Source of the DNA: Myxococcales bacterium
GTDB taxonomy: Bacteria > Myxococcota_A > Polyangia > Polyangiales > Houyiibacteriaceae
Direction of reading: 5' to 3'
Length of the DNA: 64,000 nt
Assembly: GCA_019637115.1 (NCBI GenBank)
Contig: JAHBWH010000003.1
Location: forward strand, 7,701-71,700
A program made the translations under genes and the position numbers. The notes beneath the pieces were generated by a model. The model worked only from the letters and a program-made list of their open reading frames with translations. It was not told the DNA's origin and searched no databases. Shown one piece after another: positions 41,085 through 50,270 of the stretch (positions within the stretch are counted from its first letter, which is position 1; each line of letters starts with the position of its first letter).

Positions 41085-43124
41085 ATGAGCAACGGAGCAA
41101 CTCCTCAGAGAGACACCCTCGACGACAAGGTCAACCGCCTGTTCGCAGGCAAGGTGGTGCGCAAGGACCTCGTCCGAAAGGTGAAGGTCGGCGCCAACGT
41201 GCCGGTCTTCGTCCTTGAGTTCCTGCTCGGGAAGTACTGCGCGTCTTCCGACGAGGTGGCGATCCAGATGGGGCTCCAGGTCGTCAACGACACCCTCGCC
41301 AACAACTACATCCGCTCCGACGAGTCGATGAAGGCGCAGGCGATGGTAAAGGATCGCGGTCGCCACACCTTCATCGACAAGGTGAAGGTCCGCCTCGTCG
41401 ACTCGGACTACTGGGCCGAGGTCACGAACTTCGGCCACAAGAACGTCCACGTGCCGGAGCACTACGTGCGCGACTTCGAGCGCCTGGTGATGGGCGGCGT
41501 CTGGTCGCAGGTCGACATGCGCTTCGAGTACGACGAGGAGTCGAAGGGCAAGAACCCGTTCTGGATCGACAAGCTCACGCCGATCCAGATCGCCACCTTC
41601 GACCTCGAGGAGTACCGCCGCGTCCGCAGCGAGTTCACGCTCGACGAATGGCTCGATCTCATCATGCGCAGCATGGGCTACGAGCCCGGCGAGATGAGCC
41701 GCCGCCTGAAGCTGCTCTTCCTCGTGCGCCTCATCCCGCTCGCCGAGCGCAACTACAACCTCGTCGAGCTGGGCCCGCGCGGCACGGGTAAGAGCTACGT
41801 CGTGCAGGAGGTCTCACCGTACTCGGCGCTGCTCACCGGCGGCACCACGGTGGCCAACCTCTTCGGCCACATGAACGGCCGCCAGAAGGGAATGGTGCAG
41901 ATCTGGGACGTCGTCGGCTTCGACGAGGTCGCCGACCTGCAGAAGATGCCGAAGGAGGTCATCACGACGATGAAGACCTACTGCGAGTCCGGCACCTTCC
42001 AGCGCGGGCAGGAGGCGGTCTCGGGTGACGCGAGCATCGCGATGTTCGGCAACACCAACCAGCCCGTCGACGTGATGGTCCAGACCGGCCACCTCTTCGC
42101 GCCGATGCCCGACATCATCCGCGACGACATGGCCTTCATCGACCGCATGCACTTCTACCTCCCGGGCTGGGAGATCCCGAAGATGCGGAACGAGATGTTC
42201 ACGAGCCACTACGGCTTCGTCGTCGACTACCTCGCCGAGGCGCTCCGCGAGATGCGGAAGCACAACTTCACCGAGGTCATCGATCGCCACTTCTCGCTCG
42301 GCGCCCACCTCAACGCCCGCGACCGCAAGGCGGTGCGCAAGACCGTCTCGGGCCTGATGAAGATCCTCTTCCCGCACGGTGAGATCACGCGCGACGAGCT
42401 GGGCGAGATCCTCGAGCTGGCCGTCGAAGGCCGCCGCCGGGTGAAGGAGCAGCTCAAGAAGATGGGCTCCTTCGAATACTACCACACGTCCTTCAGCTAC
42501 TCGGATAACGAGACCGGCGAGGAGAAGTTCGTCGGCGTGCCCGAGCAGGGTGGCCGCGACCTCATCTCCACCGACCCCTTGGCCCCTGGCACCGTCTACA
42601 GCGCGGGCGTCACGTCCGATGGCACCGTCGGTCTCTACCGCGTCGAGGTCTCCGTCTCGAGCGGCACGGGCAAGTTGAAGCTCGCGGGCGGCGTGGCCGG
42701 AGCCATGAAGGAGTCCGTGCAGCGCGCCTTCAGCTTCCTCCAGACAAGGAAGTCCGAGCTAGGCATCGCGCGCGACCTCGACGTCTCCGACCTCCACGTC
42801 GAGGTCATCGACCTCCTCGCCAATCGCGTCGAGGCCGAGCTCGGCGTCGCCTTCTTTGTCGCCGCCTACTCGGCGATCCGCAAGGCGCCCGTCAGCCCCG
42901 CGCTCCTCATCCTCGGCGACCTCAGCGTGCAGGGGAACATCAAGCCCCTGCGCTCGCTCACCGAGCCCCTGCAGGTCGCCAAGGACAACGGCGCCAAGCG
43001 CGCCCTCATCCCCATCGAGAACAAGCGGAACTTCCTCGACGTCAGCGCCGACATCATGGAGCACGTCGACCCGATCTTCTTCGGCGACGCGAAGACCGCC
43101 GCGATGAAGGTGCTGGGGGGCTGA
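41085..43124 (+). CDS. brxL: BrxL Lon-like protease/ATPase
   Basis: 679 aa. NLVELGPRGTGKSY Walker A and a C-terminal Lon-protease-like domain (LILGDLSVQGNI...). Confidence 0.9.
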   Translation: MSNGATPQRDTLDDKVNRLFAGKVVRKDLVRKVKVGANVPVFVLEFLLGKYCASSDEVAIQMGLQVVNDTLANNYIRSDESMKAQAMVKDRGRHTFIDKVKVRLVDSDYWAEVTNFGHKNVHVPEHYVRDFERLVMGGVWSQVDMRFEYDEESKGKNPFWIDKLTPIQIATFDLEEYRRVRSEFTLDEWLDLIMRSMGYEPGEMSRRLKLLFLVRLIPLAERNYNLVELGPRGTGKSYVVQEVSPYSALLTGGTTVANLFGHMNGRQKGMVQIWDVVGFDEVADLQKMPKEVITTMKTYCESGTFQRGQEAVSGDASIAMFGNTNQPVDVMVQTGHLFAPMPDIIRDDMAFIDRMHFYLPGWEIPKMRNEMFTSHYGFVVDYLAEALREMRKHNFTEVIDRHFSLGAHLNARDRKAVRKTVSGLMKILFPHGEITRDELGEILELAVEGRRRVKEQLKKMGSFEYYHTSFSYSDNETGEEKFVGVPEQGGRDLISTDPLAPGTVYSAGVTSDGTVGLYRVEVSVSSGTGKLKLAGGVAGAMKESVQRAFSFLQTRKSELGIARDLDVSDLHVEVIDLLANRVEAELGVAFFVAAYSAIRKAPVSPALLILGDLSVQGNIKPLRSLTEPLQVAKDNGAKRALIPIENKRNFLDVSADIMEHVDPIFFGDAKTAAMKVLGG

Positions 43125-43366
43125 CGATGACGACCGAGTTCCCGCCGCTCGTGCAGTCCAAGCGCCCCCCGGCGTCGAGGGAGGCGGCCGCGCAAGTCGA
43201 CGCCGGCCTAGCCGGTGAGCGCGCGGGCCTGGGAGACTCCAGACCTTCGGTGACGCGGAACGCGGTAGGAGTCGTGACCAGTGGTTAGCGCTAAGCCCAG
43301 TACCGATCGTTGCGTGTCCCTGCGTCAGGGAACGCGGCCCCTTTGCTTGAGCGCCGGAGCCATCCC

Positions 43367-44458
43367 ATGAGCAACGACGCCCTGAACGCGGTCTGCCCCT
43401 ACTACACGATGTACCCGCTCGACTTCCCGCTGCGCGTCTTGGAGAAGTTCGGCAAGCGAGGCGACTGGGTCATCGATCCCTTCTGCGGGCGCGGCACCAC
43501 GAACTTCGCGGCGCGGCTGCGGAGGATGCCTTCGATCGGCGTGGACAGCAGCCGAGTGGCAACCGCTCTCGCCCAGGCAAAGCTCGCCACGGCCACGCCC
43601 AACGGAGTCGTCGAGAGCGCCAAGCGCATCCTGAAGGATGCGAAGCCTCCGACCTCGATGCCCACGGGCGAGTTCTGGAAGCTCGCCTACCATGAGCACA
43701 CGCTCGTCCAGCTCTGCCAGCTCCGCGAGGCACTACTCGCACAATGCTCCTCGGACACGCGCATCTTGCTGCGCGCGATCATGCTCGGCGCACTCCACGG
43801 CCCAAAGCCCAAGGGCACGCCGTCGTACTTCTCGAACCAGTCGCCGAGAACGTTCGCGCCCAAGCCGAAGTACGCGGTGAAGTTCTGGACCGAGCGCAAC
43901 ATGCACCCGGTCGAGGTCGACGTGTTGTCGATCATCAAGGCGAGGGCGAAGCGCTACCTCACGGAGCCGCCGCCGAGCATCGCTGGCAAGGTGCTGCTCG
44001 GCGACAGCCGCGTGGCCGATACCTTTGCCGACCTGCCCAAGAAGGCGCGTCTTGTGGTCACGTCGCCTCCGTATTTCGGCATGCGGACCTACTTGCCAGA
44101 CCAGTGGCTTCGGCTCTGGTTCCTCGGCGGCCCGGACTACGTCGAGTACCGGCAGCCCGAAGGGCAGCTCGAGCACTCCGGCGCCGACCACTTCGCCGCC
44201 GAGATGGGGCGCGTCTGGACGAACGTCGCCAACCACACGACCGACGATGCGCGGCTCATCATCCGTTACGGAGGCATCCACGACCGGGATGCCGTGCCGC
44301 TGGACGTGCTGAAGAAGTCGCTGGTGGAGTCGGGCTGGAAGATGAAGACAGCTCAGGCCGTGCCTGCTCCTGTCGCCGCCCGCCGGCAGGTGGTCCAGTT
44401 CGGCGCCGAGCCGAAGGAAGCGAAGACCGAATATGACGTGTACTGCCACCGTGCCTGA
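43367..44458 (+). CDS. N6/N4 DNA methyltransferase (motif I before motif IV)
   Basis: WVIDPFCGRGTTNF (AdoMet binding) followed about 190 aa later by LVVTSPPYFGM. The start is the internal ATG at 43367. Confidence 0.75.
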   Translation: MSNDALNAVCPYYTMYPLDFPLRVLEKFGKRGDWVIDPFCGRGTTNFAARLRRMPSIGVDSSRVATALAQAKLATATPNGVVESAKRILKDAKPPTSMPTGEFWKLAYHEHTLVQLCQLREALLAQCSSDTRILLRAIMLGALHGPKPKGTPSYFSNQSPRTFAPKPKYAVKFWTERNMHPVEVDVLSIIKARAKRYLTEPPPSIAGKVLLGDSRVADTFADLPKKARLVVTSPPYFGMRTYLPDQWLRLWFLGGPDYVEYRQPEGQLEHSGADHFAAEMGRVWTNVANHTTDDARLIIRYGGIHDRDAVPLDVLKKSLVESGWKMKTAQAVPAPVAARRQVVQFGAEPKEAKTEYDVYCHRA

Positions 44459-44470
44459 AGGAGAAAGCCA

Positions 44471-45778
44471 GTGACGAAGGGCAACCAGAAGAAGCCGGCG
44501 GCAGGCGCGAAGACGCAGCAGGCAGCGGCGAGCCATCTCCTGAAGGGGGAGAAGGTATCGTTCGATGACAAGGATATCGAGAAGAAGGTCAGTGATGAGG
44601 ACCTGAACAGCCGTTACGCGAAGGGTGAGATGCGCATTGTCACGGAGCAGGCGCGCTATCCGCTCGCGGGTATCCTCGCGATGTTGAAGGAGGAGGTTGA
44701 GGGGGAAGGCGGCAAGATGGAGCCGCGCTACAAACTCGACCCCGAATACCAGCGGCGGCACCGGTGGAGCGTGGAGCGGAAGTCGCGGCTCATCGAGTCG
44801 TTCTTGATGAACGTGCCTGTGCCGCCCGTGTTTCTGTTCGAGCGCGAACTCGCGCGCTTTGAGGTGATGGACGGCCGCCAGCGGTTGACTGCGCTCAGCG
44901 ATTTTTACGCAAACAAGTTCGCGCTGGCGGGCCTCGAGCAGTGGGCAGACTTGAACGGTCGCACATACTCGGAGCTGCCCTCGAAGATCCAGGACGGCAT
45001 CAACCGCCGCTACATCTCGTCGATCATCCTTCTCAAGGAGACAGGTGGCGACGAGGCGAAAGCGGCGGAGCTGAAGAAGATGATCTTCGAGCGCCTCAAC
45101 TCCGGCGGCGTAAAACTGGGCAGCCAAGAGACCCGCAACGCAGTGCATGGCGGACCGCTCAATTCACTGTGTCTCGCACTATCCGAGAACGAGAACTTCC
45201 GTCGCATGTGGGGCATCCCGTTGGACCCATCGCCAGAGGAGAGGGACGCCGACGAAGAGGAGGCTGACGAAGCCGTCGACGAGTCGACGAAAGCCGGCGA
45301 GCGCATGTTCAAGAACATGGAGGACGTCGAGCTCGTCCTTCGCTTCTTTGCGTATCGGCAGATCACCCCCAAGTTCAACCTGAACAAGATCTCCGAGTTC
45401 CTCGACCGGTTCATATCGGAGGGCAACAACTTCCCGGCGACGGTCCTGGCCGAGTACAAGACGATGTTCGAGGCGACGGTGGCGTTCCTTTGGGAGGCGC
45501 TCGGGACCGAGGCTTTCACCGTGCTCGATCCCTCGAAGAAGCGGCCAACCAAGATCGTTTACGACCCGCTGATGTTCGTGGCTAACAGCGCCGCCGTCGT
45601 CCCGCATCACGCGAAGCTCGTCGCCAAGAAGGCGGTCCTGCGTGGCGAACTTGAGGCCATGTACAAGGCGAACCACGAGCTGTTCTCCGGGCGTCGCACG
45701 AACTTCAAGGACACCCAGGACCGCAACCGTTGCGTGAGCGAGGCCTTCGCCGCCGCGATCACGAAGACCAAGAAGTGA
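44471..45778 (+). CDS. DUF262 (ParB-like NTPase, GmrSD N-domain) protein without a DUF1524/HNH domain
   Basis: DPEYQRRHRWSVERKSRLIESF...FEVMDGRQRLTAL (DGQQR-type motif). GTG start. Confidence 0.75.
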   Translation: MTKGNQKKPAAGAKTQQAAASHLLKGEKVSFDDKDIEKKVSDEDLNSRYAKGEMRIVTEQARYPLAGILAMLKEEVEGEGGKMEPRYKLDPEYQRRHRWSVERKSRLIESFLMNVPVPPVFLFERELARFEVMDGRQRLTALSDFYANKFALAGLEQWADLNGRTYSELPSKIQDGINRRYISSIILLKETGGDEAKAAELKKMIFERLNSGGVKLGSQETRNAVHGGPLNSLCLALSENENFRRMWGIPLDPSPEERDADEEEADEAVDESTKAGERMFKNMEDVELVLRFFAYRQITPKFNLNKISEFLDRFISEGNNFPATVLAEYKTMFEATVAFLWEALGTEAFTVLDPSKKRPTKIVYDPLMFVANSAAVVPHHAKLVAKKAVLRGELEAMYKANHELFSGRRTNFKDTQDRNRCVSEAFAAAITKTKK

Positions 45779-45796
45779 TCGCGACGGAGTCCGCCT

Positions 45797-46897
45797 GTGC
45801 GTTCCACGCTGGATGAACTCATCACGGAGCTGGGCGAGCTGAAGGCGCTCATAGCGTCCATCGAGCCGGTCAACGCCGCACTCCTGGGCCACAAGGACAG
45901 CGTGGTCCAGCAGTACGTCTCGATCCGACGGCGCTTCGACTACGCTGCGTTTGCCGTCGCGCTGTACGCGTCGTTCGAGAAGTTCGTCGAGAACCTCGTC
46001 ACCGCGTACGCGCTACTCGAGGCGCGTCGAGTCGAGTACGCGAAGCTCCCGGAGAAACTGACGGAGAAGCACCTGGCCGGGACGGCCGAGCTGCTGTGGC
46101 GTCGCCGACTCGGAGAGGGACGGTACGTCGGTATGAACGAGCTGGGCGTGGTCAAGAACCTCTTCGAGTGCCTCAGCGGCACCAGGCCCTATGCGCTGAA
46201 CGAGGCCGTGGTGAGCGCCCACGACGCGAACCTGCGCGCGGGCGAGGTCGATGCTGTCTTCGCTGCCGTTGGCATCGAGAAGATCTGCGACCGTGCATGT
46301 CGCGCCGACGCAATCACCTCCTGGTATTGCACCGTGCAGGGACTCGACACGCCGCCCCAGGACGGCGTGAAGCGAACGGTGCTTGAGGAGCGCCTAAAGG
46401 GCATCGTCGAGCGCAGAAACCAGGTCGCCCACCGAGGCGGCAACCCGATGAACCTCCTCGGAGGCGCCGACATGAGCGAGGCGGTGGCTTTCATCGAGAG
46501 CTTGGGGGTCTCGATCTTCGGGCTGGTTGTTGGTCGCTATCTGGTGGCCCACCATGCAACGTCTTCCGGCCGCATCGAGCTGCCGTTGCGTGACGGGGAT
46601 GGCCCCTTCAAGGGCCGCACGGTCGTCGTCGTCGACAAGCCCGCTCAGCGGCTCTTCGTTGGGCAGCCGGTGTTCGTCGTCGTGGAGTCCACCGGCGCTC
46701 GGTGGGGGCGCATCCAGAGCCTACGAGTCGATGATGCCGACGTGCAGGAGCTGGCGGCGAACGCGAACGCGCCCACGGGCGTTGGCGTCGGCCTGGACTT
46801 CAGGTTCCCCAAGAGCGCCGACGCGAAGCTGGTTGCCCTCGCGGCCGATGACGACGTGGTCTGGAGCCCGCTGGCGGTGGCGGCGCCGGCCGCGTGA
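45797..46897 (+). CDS. HEPN-domain protein (RiboL-PSP / MAE_28990-like) with a C-terminal beta-rich domain
   Basis: Rx4H motif in IVERRNQVAHRGGN. Helical N-terminal 240 aa. 13- and 18-nt gaps to neighbouring genes. Confidence 0.6.
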   Translation: MRSTLDELITELGELKALIASIEPVNAALLGHKDSVVQQYVSIRRRFDYAAFAVALYASFEKFVENLVTAYALLEARRVEYAKLPEKLTEKHLAGTAELLWRRRLGEGRYVGMNELGVVKNLFECLSGTRPYALNEAVVSAHDANLRAGEVDAVFAAVGIEKICDRACRADAITSWYCTVQGLDTPPQDGVKRTVLEERLKGIVERRNQVAHRGGNPMNLLGGADMSEAVAFIESLGVSIFGLVVGRYLVAHHATSSGRIELPLRDGDGPFKGRTVVVVDKPAQRLFVGQPVFVVVESTGARWGRIQSLRVDDADVQELAANANAPTGVGVGLDFRFPKSADAKLVALAADDDVVWSPLAVAAPAA

Positions 46898-46902
46898 CCG
46901 CG

Positions 46903-49032
46903 TCAGCGCCGGATGATGAAGAGCGTGTTCTTGGCGCCGCGTCGCTCGGTGGCCCACGCCTTGTCCTGCTGCCCATTGACGATCTTCGAGACGGCGTTCG
47001 CGACGAGGCGGTTGATGCGGTTCTTGTCCTGGCGAAGGCTCTCGGGGAGCATCGCCTCGATCTTCCGCATCACGACGAACCACGGGATGCCGTCGCCTTG
47101 GAGGATCTTCTGGCGCACCTCGGCGTCCTGCTCGACGGCGGCCACGGCGCTCTCCGTGTCGGCGCGGAGGGTGTCTTGCGGGGTGACCGAGATGTCCGGG
47201 CCGTCTTCGTCGCCCGAAGCGGCGGGCACCGCCACGGCGCTGGCCGACGCCTTCGCCACGGCGGCCGCCGTCGGCGGGGTAGCAGAGGTCAGCGGGGCGC
47301 TGTCGCGCAACTTCGTCGCGTAGTTCTCTACCGGCCCGAGCGCGTAGCCCGGGTCGCGCGTCGTGTGCATCTTCTCGAACGAGAGGATGCGGAGGGGCAC
47401 CGGGTAGGCGTTGCCTTTCACGCTGCTCCAGAACACGCCCTGGCCGACGAGCGGCTCGTTGAGAAGGCTGCTCAGGAGGTCATCGCTGAAGTGCGCGTTC
47501 GCCTTCCGCACGTTCTGAAGATCGCTCGCCGAGAGCAGGTGGAAGATGAACCAGTTGTCGCCTTGGCTCAGGATCTCGACGGGGATGCTGCCGGGCTGCT
47601 GCGTGATGAGCACAGCGCCAAGATCGTACTTACGGCCTTCCTTCACCCACTCGATGTAGGGCGTCGCGGCCGAGGCCTTGTCGTTCAGGACGCTCTGCGC
47701 CTCTTCGACCACGGCGATCGTCGGGATGCTCTCCGAGTCAGCGCGCGTGAACTGCTCTTGGTTCCAATCGAAGATGCGGCGCAGGATGAGGCCGGAGAGG
47801 ATCATCGAGGCGCCGCCACGGAGCTGCGACACGTCGACGACGCAGAGCTTCCCGTCACGCAGGGCGCGCAGCAACAGATCGAGGAGGCGGCTCGCAGGAT
47901 CGTGGAGCTGCGAGACAATCTTGGTCATGTTCCCGCGCGCCGCGAGCGCCTCGGGGTCCTGGCTGTCAGCGAGGCCGAGCAGTTCCTTAATGTCGTCGAG
48001 GTCGGCGTTGTTGCGGTCTGCCCAGATAAGGTCGACGAGTTGCTCCCACCGGCCCGAGTCGAGCCCGCGCAACTTGCTGACGTTCTGCTGGTCTTGTCGC
48101 TCGGGCGGCAGTGCGATCGAGATGACGTCGGAGGGACGGAGACGTCGGATGTCGAGCTTGATCGTGCCTGCCACGAACGACTGGTAGAACGGGCTCGGCG
48201 CCGCCCGCGAGGTGAAGACCACGACTTGGTCTTCGAGCGCGGGCACGTCGCACAGCCCGGGACGCCCCTTGTCGTCAGGCCAGAAGTACTCGCCGTCGGG
48301 GTCGAAGATCATCGTCCCGACGGGGACCTTCTTGCCGCCGCGCTTCTCGACGGTGGGCGTCTGCGAGTAGAGCGCACTGAAGAGCAGTTTGTTCAGGTTC
48401 GACTTGCCGAAGCCGGCGCGCGCGAAGACGAACGACCTGCGCGACACCAGGTTCGCGATGTCGAACTTCACCGTGATGGTCGGGTCACGGAGCTGCATCC
48501 AGTTCTCGGCGTTCAGCCGGCCGTCGCCCTTGGCGAAGATGTACTCGCCGAGCGCAAAGAACCCGAGCTCGGCGCCGAGCTGGTTGTGGCCTGCGATCTC
48601 GCGGAGCACGGCACCGGAGGGAAACGCGACGGGGCTGCCAACGTGCGGCAGGCGTCGGTGCGACGGGACGAACACCAGGGAACCGTTGTTCTTGCGCAGG
48701 ACGCCGAGCACGCGGATGTTCACGCGGTACTTCAGGTAGTCCTCGCGGAGCCCTTCGGGGACGGCGCGCCGTTCGCGCACAGCGCGGATGTTGAAGTCCT
48801 CGCCAGAGGGGCCGCTCAGTCGCCCCTCGGACGAGAGCGACGTGATGCGCCCGAGAACGGCCTCGTCTGGCGTTTCGAGCTGCACGAGCAAGAACTGCCC
48901 ATGCATCGGCGTGTTGTGGAACTCGGTGCGGTAGGGCAAGGCGAGGTCGGCGTGGAACTCCATGCCCCCCTCACGGAAGCCACGGAAGACGCCGACGACC
49001 TGATCGTCTGGGAAGAGATTGAGGTCCGCCAT
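46903..49032 (-). CDS. herA: HerA/FtsK-like ATPase with a ~170-aa C-terminal extension
   Basis: N-terminal HAS-barrel-like segment (..GQFLLVQLETPDEAVLGRITSL..). Walker A FARAGFGKSN, Walker B IAVVEEAQSVL, and DLGAVLITQQPGSI. Confidence 0.75.
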   Translation of the reverse strand: MADLNLFPDDQVVGVFRGFREGGMEFHADLALPYRTEFHNTPMHGQFLLVQLETPDEAVLGRITSLSSEGRLSGPSGEDFNIRAVRERRAVPEGLREDYLKYRVNIRVLGVLRKNNGSLVFVPSHRRLPHVGSPVAFPSGAVLREIAGHNQLGAELGFFALGEYIFAKGDGRLNAENWMQLRDPTITVKFDIANLVSRRSFVFARAGFGKSNLNKLLFSALYSQTPTVEKRGGKKVPVGTMIFDPDGEYFWPDDKGRPGLCDVPALEDQVVVFTSRAAPSPFYQSFVAGTIKLDIRRLRPSDVISIALPPERQDQQNVSKLRGLDSGRWEQLVDLIWADRNNADLDDIKELLGLADSQDPEALAARGNMTKIVSQLHDPASRLLDLLLRALRDGKLCVVDVSQLRGGASMILSGLILRRIFDWNQEQFTRADSESIPTIAVVEEAQSVLNDKASAATPYIEWVKEGRKYDLGAVLITQQPGSIPVEILSQGDNWFIFHLLSASDLQNVRKANAHFSDDLLSSLLNEPLVGQGVFWSSVKGNAYPVPLRILSFEKMHTTRDPGYALGPVENYATKLRDSAPLTSATPPTAAAVAKASASAVAVPAASGDEDGPDISVTPQDTLRADTESAVAAVEQDAEVRQKILQGDGIPWFVVMRKIEAMLPESLRQDKNRINRLVANAVSKIVNGQQDKAWATERRGAKNTLFIIRR

Positions 49033-49035
49033 GTT

Positions 49036-50163
49036 CTATCCGTACCGCTTTCCTGCAGGGTCCGCGTCGATGAGGGCCAGCTCGTCGAGAACTGCTGCGC
49101 TCTCGCCAAGGGACTCGCGGATCGCGTTCACGATTCCCTGCTGGAGAATGTCCATGTCGAAGTCGACGAGGGCGGCGTTCTCGTGCGCCCGCTGGAGGCA
49201 CCGCGGGTAGAACGGCACCGGGAAGCCTTCGATCGCATCAGCGAGCAAGCTGCCGAAGATGAGCTGGGCGTCGCTGAGCTGCGTCTCGAGCAGGTCGACG
49301 GGCCAGATCGGGTCGCGCGGTCGACCACCGAACTTCACGAAGAACATCTTGCCGGCGACGAACTTGTTGACCTCGCCGGTTTCGACCTCGCCGCCGCGCG
49401 CGTACTCGGACCAGACGTACGCGTTCTGCTCCAGCTCGCGCGAGACGTCGGCGTAGCAGGGGTAGTCGGTGCGCATGGTGCCCTCAAGCATCATGGCAAG
49501 TCGGTAGCGCTGGAGCACCTTGGAGTGCTTCGCGACCCCGACCACGTAGATGTTCCGGCGCTTGGCCTTCTGCGCGCGCAGGGCCTCCTCAATGCCCTTG
49601 CGAAGGTCGGCGAAGAGCGTCGTCGAGAAGACCTTGCTGCGCAGCAGGCCATCCCAGACGATCACTGTGTCCGTGCCGTAGTCCTTTTCGCGCACGAGCG
49701 AGAAGAGCACCGCCCACTCGGTCAGCTCCCGGTAGACCTGCACCCAGCTCGGCGAGGGCGTCGCCGGCGGCTTCTTGATCATCGGCGACAGCTCCCAGAG
49801 GAACGTGACGCCGAGGAACTTCATCATCTTGCCGAGCGGGGTCTTGGCGCTCCCGTCTTCGAGGTGGCGCTTCGAGAGCGCGACGAGGTCGGAGGTTGGT
49901 GTGACGACCTCGAGGCAGTACTCGTTGTTGCTCGAGTCCACGACGCGAACGAGCTGCGCCATGAAGGGATCGAATTCGACTCGGTTGTTGCCTCCGTCGG
50001 TGCCGACGAGGGACACGGCGGTGGTCTGCCTCGACATGATCCGCCGCGCGTCACCGAGCCCCGAGCGCACCTCCGCGCGCAGGTCCTCCAGGAGCTTCCG
50101 GTCCTCGACCATCCGCTCCCGAAGTTCCTTGCGCAGTTGCGCCATGCTCTCGGGGGCGATCAC
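49036..50163 (-). CDS. nurA: NurA-like nuclease
   Basis: SLVGTDGGNN, TVIVWDGLLRS and IYVVGVAKHSK follow the NurA motif I-III pattern. 3-nt gap to herA. Confidence 0.6.
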   Translation of the reverse strand: MIAPESMAQLRKELRERMVEDRKLLEDLRAEVRSGLGDARRIMSRQTTAVSLVGTDGGNNRVEFDPFMAQLVRVVDSSNNEYCLEVVTPTSDLVALSKRHLEDGSAKTPLGKMMKFLGVTFLWELSPMIKKPPATPSPSWVQVYRELTEWAVLFSLVREKDYGTDTVIVWDGLLRSKVFSTTLFADLRKGIEEALRAQKAKRRNIYVVGVAKHSKVLQRYRLAMMLEGTMRTDYPCYADVSRELEQNAYVWSEYARGGEVETGEVNKFVAGKMFFVKFGGRPRDPIWPVDLLETQLSDAQLIFGSLLADAIEGFPVPFYPRCLQRAHENAALVDFDMDILQQGIVNAIRESLGESAAVLDELALIDADPAGKRYG

Positions 50164-50270
50164 GATCTGGCAGTGTACCAGGGCGGTCTGACGGCGTTAA
50201 CCAACTCCTTGATTTCAGCGGCGGTCTCGGGGCGGAGCCTGCGCACCGCATCGCGCGGGATGGCGCGCCG

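Noticed and set aside
43127-43288. 53-codon ORF starting 2 nt after the brxL stop (MTTEFPPLVQSKRPP...)
   Set aside because: It has no recognisable motif, weak codon bias toward the end, and lies in the inter-operon gap. It may be real but cannot be supported from the sequence alone.
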